A stretch of 42,288 bases of DNA from Candidatus Falkowbacteria bacterium GW2011_GWF2_43_32. GTDB lineage: Bacteria; Patescibacteriota; Patescibacteriia; Patescibacteriales; UBA12465. The translations under genes and the position numbers were made by a program. Every line of letters begins with the position of its first letter. The stretch's first letter is position 1. Below, in pieces: positions 19,708-27,808 of this stretch. The notes under the pieces are model-generated. The model was not told the origin of the DNA. It worked only from the letters and a program-made list of their open reading frames with translations, and did not search any database. The stretch covers positions 1-42,288 of the forward strand of contig LCGL01000004.1 in the NCBI GenBank assembly GCA_000999715.1, written 5' to 3'.

Positions 19708-21759
19708 ATGTCAGAAATTATCAGCCAAATAGTCAAGCGGTCCGGTGAAATCGTTGAATTTAATCAAGCGAAAATTGCTAATGCCATTCATCGAGCGGCT
19801 TTGGCCGCGGAAGTGGACGATCATCATTTGGCTAAAAAATTGGCCGATCAGGTGGTTATGAAGATCAATAAAAAATTCCACAAGAACAGCATTTTGGCCG
19901 TGGAAGAAATTCAGGATGTGGTGGAAGAGGTGTTGATCGAGAACAAATTAATCAGCATCGCCAAAGCTTATATTTTGTATCGGGAACAGCATCGTCAATT
20001 GCGCGATATCAATAAAGCGACTTCGGACGATAAGTTAATGGAAGATTATTTGGGGCGGGCGGATTGGCGCTTGAAGGAAAACAGCAACATGAGTTTTTCG
20101 GTGCAAGGCCTGAATAATTACGTGGCCTCTTCAATCTCCGCTCGTTATTGGTTGAACAAAATGTATCCGGAGAATATTCGCCAGGCGCATATCAACGGCG
20201 ATTTTCATATTCATGATTTAGGTTTGTTGGCGCCGTATTGTTGCGGTTGGGATTTAAAAGATTTATTGATACGCGGGTTTCGGGGGGTTGATGAAAAAGT
20301 GCAGAGCAATCCGCCGAAACATTTTAGAAGCGCGCTGGGCCAGATTGTTAATTTTTTCTATACGATGCAAGGCGAAGCGGCCGGGGCGCAAGCCTTTTCC
20401 AATTTTGATACCTATCTGGCGCCTTTTATTCGTTATGATGATTTGAGTTTTAAAGAGGTTAAACAGGGTTTGCAGGAGTTCATGTTCAATATTAACGTAC
20501 CGACCAGAGTCGGCTTTCAAACGCCGTTCACCAATATCACTTTGGACGTCACTCCTTCTCCGTTGACCGGAGAAGAAAATGTCATTATCGGCGGTGAAGT
20601 TCGTCCGGAAAAATATAAAGATTTTCAACAAGAAATGGACACTTTTAACGCCGCTTTTGCCGAAGTGATGCTTGACGGCGATTCCACCGGGCGGGTATTC
20701 GGTTTTCCGATTCCGACTTATAGTATAGATAAGGAATTTGATTGGGACCGAGAATCGTTGAAATCCGTTTGGGAAATGACGGCCAAATACGGTATTCCTT
20801 ATTTTTCCAATTTTGTGAATTCCGATATGCAACGCGATGATGCCCGATCCATGTGTTGTCGCCTGCGTTTGGATAACAGGGAATTGAGAAAACGCGGCGG
20901 CGGACTGTTCGGCGCCAATCCCTTAACCGGTTCGCTTGGCGTTGTAACTATTAATCTTGCTCGTATTGGTTATTTGTCAAAAAATAAAGAAGAATTTTTG
21001 GAAAGAGTGACCAAGTTAATGGAATTGGCCAAAGAGAGCCTGGAAATAAAACGTAAAATAATTGAAAAATTCACTGAAGACCGTTTGTATCCTTACTCCA
21101 TGTTTTACTTGAATGGCATCAAAGAACACTTCGGGTCTTATTGGAAAAATCATTTTTCCACTATCGGCATTAATGGCATGAACGAGGCGGTGCTTAATTT
21201 GATGGGTAAAGATTTGTCTACCGCGGAAGGTCATACTTTTGCCGCCGGCATTCTGGATTTCATGCGTGATAAATTGATGGATTTTCAAAATGAAACCAAC
21301 AGTTTATATAATTTGGAAGCCACCCCGGGCGAAGGTTGTACATATCGTTTTGCCAAGAAAGATCAACAGCTTTATCCGGGAATTATTTCCGCCAATACCG
21401 AGGCGGTTAAAGGCGGCGCCGATCCTTATTATACCAATTCCACCCATTTGCACGTTAATTTCACCGATGATATTTTTTCCGCCCTTGACCTGCAAGACGA
21501 TTTGCAAACTAAATATACCGGCGGAACGGTATTGCACGGTTATTTGGGAGAACGCTTGCCTAACGGCGCGGCCGCTAAAAAACTGGTCAAGAAAATCGTG
21601 GATAATTATCGTTTGCCGTATTTTACGATTACTCCCACTTTTTCTATTTGCCCCAAGCATGGTTATTTGGCCGGTGAACATAAATATTGTCCGAAGTGCG
21701 ACGAGGAGATCGGTTATCAGGAAAAGCAAGAAACCAGCGTCAGCGAAGCGGTCGTTTAA
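19708..21759 (+). CDS. nrdD: Anaerobic (class III) ribonucleoside-triphosphate reductase NrdD that ends before the glycyl-radical segment
   Basis: N-terminal ATP-cone (IVKRSGEIVEFNQAKIANAIH), ARSMCCRLRLD, and the C-terminal Zn site CPKH...CPKC. The ORF stops (TAA 21757-21759) 16 codons after CPKC and lacks any RxxGY-type glycyl-radical motif. Confidence 0.93.
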   Translation: MSEIISQIVKRSGEIVEFNQAKIANAIHRAALAAEVDDHHLAKKLADQVVMKINKKFHKNSILAVEEIQDVVEEVLIENKLISIAKAYILYREQHRQLRDINKATSDDKLMEDYLGRADWRLKENSNMSFSVQGLNNYVASSISARYWLNKMYPENIRQAHINGDFHIHDLGLLAPYCCGWDLKDLLIRGFRGVDEKVQSNPPKHFRSALGQIVNFFYTMQGEAAGAQAFSNFDTYLAPFIRYDDLSFKEVKQGLQEFMFNINVPTRVGFQTPFTNITLDVTPSPLTGEENVIIGGEVRPEKYKDFQQEMDTFNAAFAEVMLDGDSTGRVFGFPIPTYSIDKEFDWDRESLKSVWEMTAKYGIPYFSNFVNSDMQRDDARSMCCRLRLDNRELRKRGGGLFGANPLTGSLGVVTINLARIGYLSKNKEEFLERVTKLMELAKESLEIKRKIIEKFTEDRLYPYSMFYLNGIKEHFGSYWKNHFSTIGINGMNEAVLNLMGKDLSTAEGHTFAAGILDFMRDKLMDFQNETNSLYNLEATPGEGCTYRFAKKDQQLYPGIISANTEAVKGGADPYYTNSTHLHVNFTDDIFSALDLQDDLQTKYTGGTVLHGYLGERLPNGAAAKKLVKKIVDNYRLPYFTITPTFSICPKHGYLAGEHKYCPKCDEEIGYQEKQETSVSEAVV

Positions 21760-21797
21760 TTCATTTTTGAATTTATTAATTTATTTAATTCAAACAT

Positions 21798-21935
21798 ATG
21801 AGCCCTATTCAAACTCAGAGGCAGGAATGCATTGTTTATAGCCGCGTAGTCGGTTGGTTAACTCCGGTAAAAAGCTATAATCCCGGCAAGGCTTCGGAAT
21901 ATAAAGATCGCAAAACTTTTAAGGTTTTGTCTTAA
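21798..21935 (+). CDS. Stand-alone 45-aa ORF encoding the NrdD glycyl-radical C-terminal segment; not in the supplied ORF track
   Basis: My translation is MSPIQTQRQECIVYSRVVGWLTPVKSYNPGKASEYKDRKTFKVLS. The YSRVVG[YW]..PV...N.GK..E[YF]KDRK..F pattern is the canonical NrdD C-terminus. The ORF is in frame 3, whereas nrdD is in frame 1. It ends 9 nt before nrdG. Confidence 0.75.
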   Translation: MSPIQTQRQECIVYSRVVGWLTPVKSYNPGKASEYKDRKTFKVLS

Positions 21936-21944
21936 AATCCGTTT

Positions 21945-22670
21945 ATGGTTATCGGCGGCCTGGAAAAGCTGACATTATTGGATTATCCCGAACATTTGGC
22001 GGCCATAATCTTCACCCAAGGGTGCAATTTTCGCTGTCATTATTGTTATAACCCCCTGCTTGTTCTGCCCCGCGAGGGAAAGAACGAAAAAAATAAAAAA
22101 GAAAAAGATCCGTCAAACATTTTGCTTGAAGATCTTTTTCTTTTTTTAGAGGAAAGATTCGGGCGTTTGGAGGGAGTAGTCGTTACCGGCGGCGAGCCGA
22201 CTTTGCATCCCGATTTGCCTGACTTTATCAAACGCATCAAGGCTATCGGTTATCTTGTGAAGTTGGATACCAACGGCACCAATCCGGACATGTTGGCGGG
22301 ACTTATTAAAGACGGCTTGATTGACTATATTGCCATGGATATCAAAGCGCCTCTAAACAGATATGAAGAAATTGTCAGCGCTTCGGTTAACTGTAAAAAT
22401 CTTGAAAAAAGTGTTAAGATTATAATGGATAGCGGTTTACCCTACGAATTTAGGACGACCGTGGTTCCCGGGCTATTGGCGGCGGATGATTTTGAAGCTA
22501 TGGGCCAACTGATCAAAGGCGCCAAAAAGTGGTATTTGCAAAATTTTAAATCCGACACCGATTTGGTGGATGGCGAGTTTCGAGAGAAATCCGGTTATAC
22601 CGCCAAGGAGATGGCGAAATTCGCCGCTATCGGAAAAAAATATGTTTCTCTGTGCGAAGTGCGCGGATAA
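21945..22670 (+). CDS. nrdG: Anaerobic ribonucleotide reductase activating protein (radical SAM)
   Basis: GCNFRCHYCYNP (CxxxCxxC) and VVTGGEPTL. It carries a Lys/Glu-rich insertion, PREGKNEKNKKEKDPS. Confidence 0.9.
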   Translation: MVIGGLEKLTLLDYPEHLAAIIFTQGCNFRCHYCYNPLLVLPREGKNEKNKKEKDPSNILLEDLFLFLEERFGRLEGVVVTGGEPTLHPDLPDFIKRIKAIGYLVKLDTNGTNPDMLAGLIKDGLIDYIAMDIKAPLNRYEEIVSASVNCKNLEKSVKIIMDSGLPYEFRTTVVPGLLAADDFEAMGQLIKGAKKWYLQNFKSDTDLVDGEFREKSGYTAKEMAKFAAIGKKYVSLCEVRG

Positions 22671-22681
22671 TTTGAAAAAAT

Positions 22682-22921
22682 ATGGCGGAGACTGATAAAA
22701 CCGAGGGGGAAAAATTAGAGAGCTTATTGCGAGACAATCTTGAGAGCACCGCCAAGATTCTTAAGGATATTCGGTTTATCAAGAAGTCTCTTCGTTGGCA
22801 AAGAATTTGGAGTGTCTTTCGTTTTTTATTGATTGTAGTGCCGATTATTTTGGGATTTATCTATTTGCCGCCCCTTATTAAAGAGACGCTGGAAACTTAT
22901 CGGAATCTTTTAATCAGATAG
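22682..22921 (+). CDS. Small single-pass membrane protein (hypothetical)
   Basis: ATG start. An amphipathic N-terminus followed by the TM segment VFRFLLIVVPIILGFIYLPPL. Tightly packed between nrdG and the ATPase. Confidence 0.5.
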   Translation: MAETDKTEGEKLESLLRDNLESTAKILKDIRFIKKSLRWQRIWSVFRFLLIVVPIILGFIYLPPLIKETLETYRNLLIR

Positions 22922-22949
22922 ATGAAGAGTAAGGAGGGGCACTATTTTT

Positions 22950-24830
22950 ATGCAAGATATCGCTCTTTTCGCGCAAACAACCTATCGTAACGAATTTAAA
23001 AAATTCGGCATTAAAACCGACGATCGCCGTCGGCATATGTATTTGATTGGGAAAACCGGCATGGGCAAGTCCACGATTTTGGAAAATATGATCGTGGACG
23101 ACATTCGCGCCGGTCACGGCGTGGCCGTGGTTGATCCGCATGGCGATTTGGCCGAAAAAATAATTAAATTTATTCCCGACGAGAGAATTGAAGATGTGGT
23201 TTATTTTAATCCCGCGGATATTAATTTTCCGATCGCTTTCAATGTCGTGGAACAAGTTGAGCCGCATCTGCGCCATTTGGTCGCCTCCGGCTTAATCGGC
23301 GTTTTTCAAAAATTATGGGCGGATTCCTGGGGGCCTCGGTTGGAATATATTTTACGCAATGCGATTTTGGCGATTTTGGATTTTCCCGGCTCCACTATTT
23401 TGGGAGTCGTTCGCATGTTGTCCGATAAAAACTATCGCAAGCGCGTCGTCGCCAATATTAAGGATCCGGTGGTCAAAGCTTTTTGGGAAAAAGAATTCTC
23501 CGGTTATGCCGACAAGTTCGCTTCCGAGGCGGTTTCTCCCATTCAAAATAAGGTTGGCCAATTCTTATCCAGTTCTTTGATGAGAAACATCATCGGTCAA
23601 GTTAAATCGTCCATTGATATTCGGGATATCATGGATAAAGGCAGAATCTTGATTATGAATTTGTCCAAGGGGCGCATTGGCGAGGACAATTCCGCTTTGT
23701 TGGGAGCGATGATGATTACCAAAATTCAGTTGGCGGCCATGAGCCGGGTGGATGTCCCGGAAGCGGAGCGGAAAGACTTTTTTCTTTATATTGACGAGTT
23801 TCAAAATTTTTCTACCGACAGTTTCGCCAATATTTTGTCGGAAGCGCGCAAATATCGTTTGAGCTTGATATTGGCACATCAATATGTCGAACAATTGAGC
23901 GAGAAGGTCAAACCGGCCGTTTTCGGCAACGTCGGGACGATGGTGGTTTTTCGGGTCGGCGCGGCCGACGCGGAAGAGTTGGTCAGAGAATTCACGCCGA
24001 CTTTTACGGAAGAAGATATCGTTAATTTGCCGAAATATGAAATGTATTTGAAATTGATGATTGACGGCATTTCTTCTTCGCCTTTTTCCGCTCGCGGTCT
24101 GCCGCCTTTAAGTGAGGCGGAAATAACCGGCAATGCCGATAAAGTGGTTAATTATTCTCGGGATAAATACGCTTCTGTCAGAGAAGCCGTAGAAGAGAAG
24201 ATTATGCGTTGGCATGAAAATTACGGTGAAGATTTGGGGGCGGTGGCGCCGGTTGCGTTGAATGACAGAAAACCGGTCTCAGCCGTTTCCGCCGGATTGA
24301 AGTCTGTATCGCCAATGACAGCTAAGTCGCCCGTCATTAAGCCGGTCGTCATTAAGCCGACGGCAGTTCAATCGTCCGCAGTGCCGTCTTTTGCGCAATC
24401 GTCTGTGGTCAAACGTCTTGCGGCGACCCGTCCTGCGGTTAAGAGCGGTTATGACGCCGTTTGCACCAGTTGCGGTCAAGCTACAACGACTGTTTTTGTT
24501 CCGGACGGCCTTCGTCCGGTTTATTGTCGGGAATGTTTGACTAAAAAAAAAGAGGAAAAACGCCTAGAGCTTGAAGAGCGTCGTTTGGCCAAGGAGAAAG
24601 AAAAAAAGGTTTTGCAAGCCAGCTTGGCCGCGCAAGAAGTGCCGACAATTTCTCTTAATGAATTAAAAAACGTCAAACCGGTTGATTGGCGCGGACGGGA
24701 AATTAAAACCAGACCGCCGGTTCCGGAAAGTTATTCGGCGCTGAAAGATGATTATGAAGAAAAAGGTGCGTCAGCCGAACAGGAATTGTTTGAAGGAAAA
24801 GATGTCGTTATTACGGATAATGAATTTTAA
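22950..24830 (+). CDS. Soluble FtsK/HerA/T4-coupling-protein-like P-loop ATPase fused to a C-terminal CxxC-x17-CxxC zinc ribbon and a Lys/Glu-rich tail
   Basis: SD AAGGAGGGG lies upstream. Walker A is GKTGMGKST and Walker B is FFLYIDEFQNF. LILAHQYVEQL resembles the TraD/VirD4 C-terminal motif. There is no N-terminal TM segment. The zinc ribbon CTSCGQATTTVFVPDGLRPVYCREC has exactly 17 residues between the pairs (nt 24462-24536). Confidence 0.8.
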   Translation: MQDIALFAQTTYRNEFKKFGIKTDDRRRHMYLIGKTGMGKSTILENMIVDDIRAGHGVAVVDPHGDLAEKIIKFIPDERIEDVVYFNPADINFPIAFNVVEQVEPHLRHLVASGLIGVFQKLWADSWGPRLEYILRNAILAILDFPGSTILGVVRMLSDKNYRKRVVANIKDPVVKAFWEKEFSGYADKFASEAVSPIQNKVGQFLSSSLMRNIIGQVKSSIDIRDIMDKGRILIMNLSKGRIGEDNSALLGAMMITKIQLAAMSRVDVPEAERKDFFLYIDEFQNFSTDSFANILSEARKYRLSLILAHQYVEQLSEKVKPAVFGNVGTMVVFRVGAADAEELVREFTPTFTEEDIVNLPKYEMYLKLMIDGISSSPFSARGLPPLSEAEITGNADKVVNYSRDKYASVREAVEEKIMRWHENYGEDLGAVAPVALNDRKPVSAVSAGLKSVSPMTAKSPVIKPVVIKPTAVQSSAVPSFAQSSVVKRLAATRPAVKSGYDAVCTSCGQATTTVFVPDGLRPVYCRECLTKKKEEKRLELEERRLAKEKEKKVLQASLAAQEVPTISLNELKNVKPVDWRGREIKTRPPVPESYSALKDDYEEKGASAEQELFEGKDVVITDNEF

Positions 24831-24876
24831 TCGTATTGCGAACAATAAATTTTGCTTATTATAGATTTTTATAACT

Positions 24877-25449
24877 ATGTATTTATTTTTTGACACGGAA
24901 ACAACCGGATTGCCCCGCAATTATCAAGCGCCGCTTGATGATTTTTTAAATTGGCCGAGAATCGTTCAAATCGCTTGGAGTTTATATGACGCCGACGGCC
25001 ATCATTGGGAAAGTCAAAATTATATTATCAAACCGAACGGTTTTGTCATTCCGCCGGAAGCCACTAAAATTCATCGGATTTCCCAAGAACGCGCGGTGCA
25101 GGAGGGGGTGGAACTACGGCGTGCTTTGGAGCATTTTTCCGCCGACGTGGCGAGTGCCGCTTATATCGTGGCGCATAATATAGATTTTGACGAAAAAATT
25201 GTCGGCGCCGAGCTTTTGCGGGAAAAGATGGATAATAAATTACCGACGGCCGAAAAAATTTGTACGATGAAAACGACTGCCGGGATAGTCAAGATTCCCA
25301 AAATGTCCGGCGGCTATAAATGGCCGAATTTGACCGAATTGTATTTTCATTTGTTTCGGACCAAATTTCCCGAAGCGCATGACGCTGTTTTTGACGTCAA
25401 AGCTTGCGCTCAATGCTTTTTTGAGCTAAAAAGTAAGGGTCAGATTTAA
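24877..25449 (+). CDS. DEDDh 3'-5' exonuclease (DnaQ/epsilon-like, stand-alone)
   Basis: ExoI is FFDTETTGLP, ExoII is VAHNIDFDEKIV, and ExoIII is AHDAVFDVKA. Confidence 0.88.
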   Translation: MYLFFDTETTGLPRNYQAPLDDFLNWPRIVQIAWSLYDADGHHWESQNYIIKPNGFVIPPEATKIHRISQERAVQEGVELRRALEHFSADVASAAYIVAHNIDFDEKIVGAELLREKMDNKLPTAEKICTMKTTAGIVKIPKMSGGYKWPNLTELYFHLFRTKFPEAHDAVFDVKACAQCFFELKSKGQI

Positions 25450-25472
25450 CTGAAAAATAGCGATATTTGAAT

Positions 25473-27080
25473 ATGGATCAAAATCCGGAAAAACAAGTTG
25501 ATTTTTTGAAGGTGAGCCGCGCAACCGAATTGAGCGGCCGTGATTATAAAATTTATCGAATATTAGAGGTATTTCCTGGGTTATTCTCTCTTTTGACCAT
25601 CGTAATTTTAGTGGCCTTATCTTATTTAAAGCCGGTTTTGGTAGCTTACTTCATCGTCGCGTTTGACGTTTATTGGTTATTATTAGTCATTTACATGGCT
25701 ATTTTTTTAATCAGTTCTTATCGTAAATTAAAAAAAGGCCTGCGAACAAACTGGCGGGAGAAAACGGAGACTTTACGACCGGATATGTCAACCGCGGAAG
25801 TGGCGACGGATTCTTTGACCAAACAGGGTTTATCTTGGCAAGATGTTCGGCAGTTGATAGTTTTGCCGACTTTCAAAGAAAGCACGGAGATCATCAGAGA
25901 ATGTTTGACGGGCTTGCTTAATGACGGTTTTCCGCCCGATAAAATGATTGTCGCTTTGACCATTGAAGAGCGTGGCGATGCCGCGGAGGCGCGACGGAAA
26001 GCGGATTTGTTGCAAGCGGAGTTCGGCCCCAAATTCGGACGATTTTTGGCGACTCTTCACCCCGACGGTTTATCGGGGGAAATGAAAGTCAAAGGCGCCA
26101 ATCAAGCTTGGGCGGCCAAAGTGGTCAAAGAGACGATAATCGATCGGGAAAATTTGGATTATGACAAAATTTTAGTCAGCGTTTTCGATATTGATACCGT
26201 GGTTGTGCCCGGTTATTTTTTTGCTTTGACTTATAAATTTCTGACGGTTTTCGATCCTTATCATGCCAGTTATCAACCGGTGCCGGTTTATCATAACAAT
26301 ATTTGGAAGGCACCTTTTTTCTCGCGCATCGTCGCTTCTTCCAATACTTTTTGGCAGATGATTATGCAAATTCGGCAAGAAAGCCTGGTGACTTATTCTT
26401 CTCATTCCATGACTTGGCGGGCGCTGGAAGAAATCGGCTTTTGGTCGACAACCAACGTGTCGGAAGACGCCAGAATTTTTTGGCATTGCTTGATGCATTA
26501 TAACGGACATTATCGCGTCGAACCGATTCATTTTGAAGTTTCTATGGACGTGACCGTTGATCAAGGTCTGTTAAGAACGGCCAAAAATTTATATAAACAG
26601 CAACGGCGTTGGGCCTGGGGAGCGGAAAATATTCCCTATTTGTTGTTTAATGCCGCCAAGCGTTGGAAAAATGAGCAGTTTGACAGACGAGGAGTCGTCA
26701 GCCATATTTTGATTCAAATTTACGGTTTTCATGCTTGGGCGACGAACGCCTTGATTGTCGCGGTTATCGGTTGGTTACCGATGTTTTTAGGTGGTGACCG
26801 TTTTAATTCTACCGTTTTGTCCGGCAATTTACCGGCGATTACTCAGACTTTGATGAGCGTTGCGATGATTGGGTTGGTTTTATCGGCCGTGGTGTCCGCC
26901 TTGTTGTTGCCGAAAAGACCGAAAAAATATAAATTTTGGAAAAATCTTTTTATGACTTTAGAATGGGTTTTCGTGCCGGTGGCCATTGTAATTTTTGGCG
27001 CGATTCCTTGTTTGGAGGCACAGATTCGGCTGATGTTCGGTAAATATATGGGCTTTTGGGTAACACCGAAGATTCGTTAG
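25473..27080 (+). CDS. Membrane-embedded processive family-2 glycosyltransferase (cellulose/chitin/PNAG-synthase-like)
   Basis: Two N-terminal TM segments. Motifs VLPTFKES, FDIDTV, SEDARIFW and QQRRWAWG (QxxRW). A C-terminal TM bundle. ATG 25473 is preferred over TTG 25467. Confidence 0.8.
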   Translation: MDQNPEKQVDFLKVSRATELSGRDYKIYRILEVFPGLFSLLTIVILVALSYLKPVLVAYFIVAFDVYWLLLVIYMAIFLISSYRKLKKGLRTNWREKTETLRPDMSTAEVATDSLTKQGLSWQDVRQLIVLPTFKESTEIIRECLTGLLNDGFPPDKMIVALTIEERGDAAEARRKADLLQAEFGPKFGRFLATLHPDGLSGEMKVKGANQAWAAKVVKETIIDRENLDYDKILVSVFDIDTVVVPGYFFALTYKFLTVFDPYHASYQPVPVYHNNIWKAPFFSRIVASSNTFWQMIMQIRQESLVTYSSHSMTWRALEEIGFWSTTNVSEDARIFWHCLMHYNGHYRVEPIHFEVSMDVTVDQGLLRTAKNLYKQQRRWAWGAENIPYLLFNAAKRWKNEQFDRRGVVSHILIQIYGFHAWATNALIVAVIGWLPMFLGGDRFNSTVLSGNLPAITQTLMSVAMIGLVLSAVVSALLLPKRPKKYKFWKNLFMTLEWVFVPVAIVIFGAIPCLEAQIRLMFGKYMGFWVTPKIR

Positions 27081-27124
27081 CGATTAATGTAAAAATTACG
27101 GCCGATCTGTGATATAATAGTCTA

Positions 27125-27553
27125 ATGACGAAGTCTAAAAAAAATCATCGTTCTCGCAACGAAGAATTTTTATCTCAACCGCATAGTTTTTTTTATCGCT
27201 TGATTTCCAGCCAGCGGTTTTTGGCGATTATCGGGTTGGTGTTTTTGGTGATTGTTATTTTTCCTCTGGCTCGAGCGTATAATCAGCGTCGTTTGGTGGA
27301 AAGAGAAATCACCGACGTTAAAAAACAGATCAGCGATTTTGAAAATCAGAATCAGGAATTGAAAGAGCTGGTGGAATATTTACAATCCGATCAGGCGCTG
27401 GAAGAACAGGCTCGCTTGAATTTGAATTTAAAAAAACCCGGTGAAGAAGTTATCATCATCGAGAACAAGGGCGCCGGCGTCGCGACCGTCGATTCCTCCG
27501 TCGACGAATCGATCGGAAATTTAATCAAATGGTGGCGTTATTTTTTTAATTAG
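27125..27553 (+). CDS. ftsB: Septum formation initiator (FtsB/DivIC family)
   Basis: A single TM segment (FLAIIGLVFLVIVIFPL), then a coiled coil, then QSDQALEEQARLNLNLKKPGEEVIII, the typical FtsB/DivIC signature. Confidence 0.85.
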   Translation: MTKSKKNHRSRNEEFLSQPHSFFYRLISSQRFLAIIGLVFLVIVIFPLARAYNQRRLVEREITDVKKQISDFENQNQELKELVEYLQSDQALEEQARLNLNLKKPGEEVIIIENKGAGVATVDSSVDESIGNLIKWWRYFFN

Positions 27554-27586
27554 GGTTCTTTGTATCAAGCTATTTGACCAAAGTGA

Positions 27587-27662
27587 TGGAGCCGAGAAGG
27601 GGATTCGGACCCCTGACCTACGCGTTACGAATGCGTTGCTCTACCAGCTGAGCTATCTCGGC
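27587..27662 (-). tRNA. tRNA-Thr (anticodon CGU), CCA encoded
   Basis: The reverse complement folds as GCCGAGA/TCTCGGC (acceptor), GCTC/GAGC (D stem), anticodon loop TTCGTAA, and T arm AGGGG-TCCGAAT-CCCCT. The discriminator is T and CCA follows. Confidence 0.9.
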
Positions 27663-27673
27663 AATAGTGTCTG

Positions 27674-27745
27674 AGCGGGTGAGCGGAATCGAACCGCCCT
27701 TCTCAGCTTGGGAAGCTGATGTAATAGCCGCTATACGACACCCGC
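27674..27745 (-). tRNA. tRNA-Gly (anticodon CCC), no encoded CCA
   Basis: Acceptor GCGGGTG/CACCCGC, anticodon arm TCAGC-TTCCCAA-GCTGA, T arm GGCGG-TTCGATT-CCGCT, discriminator T. Confidence 0.9.
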
Positions 27746-27768
27746 GCTCGAATGTTAATAATAGGTAT

Positions 27769-27798
27769 ATTATAGAATTAATAAACAGTTTTAGTCAA
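27769..27798 (-). promoter_or_regulatory. Sigma70-like promoter for the tRNA-Gly/tRNA-Thr unit
   Basis: On the minus strand: TTGACT (27793-27798), an 18-nt spacer, then TATAAT (27769-27774). This lies about 24 nt upstream of the tRNA-Gly 5' end. Confidence 0.6.
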
Positions 27799-27808
27799 TC
27801 AAACCTTT

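Noticed and set aside
20263-21841. ORFs of 189 aa (minus), 183 aa (plus, frame 2), 141 aa (minus) and 90 aa (minus) overlapping nrdD
   Set aside because: All are embedded in or out of frame with nrdD. The 183-aa frame-2 ORF runs across the nrdD stop but is a different frame from the glycyl-radical mini-ORF, and it encodes Pro/Ile/Leu-rich nonsense.
22950-24830. Interpretation of the TraD/VirD4-like ATPase as part of a conjugative element or type IV secretion system
   Set aside because: The window has no relaxase, VirB4/VirB6/VirB8-type genes, integrase or element boundaries. The protein lacks the membrane anchor of true coupling proteins, and it sits in a run of core housekeeping genes.
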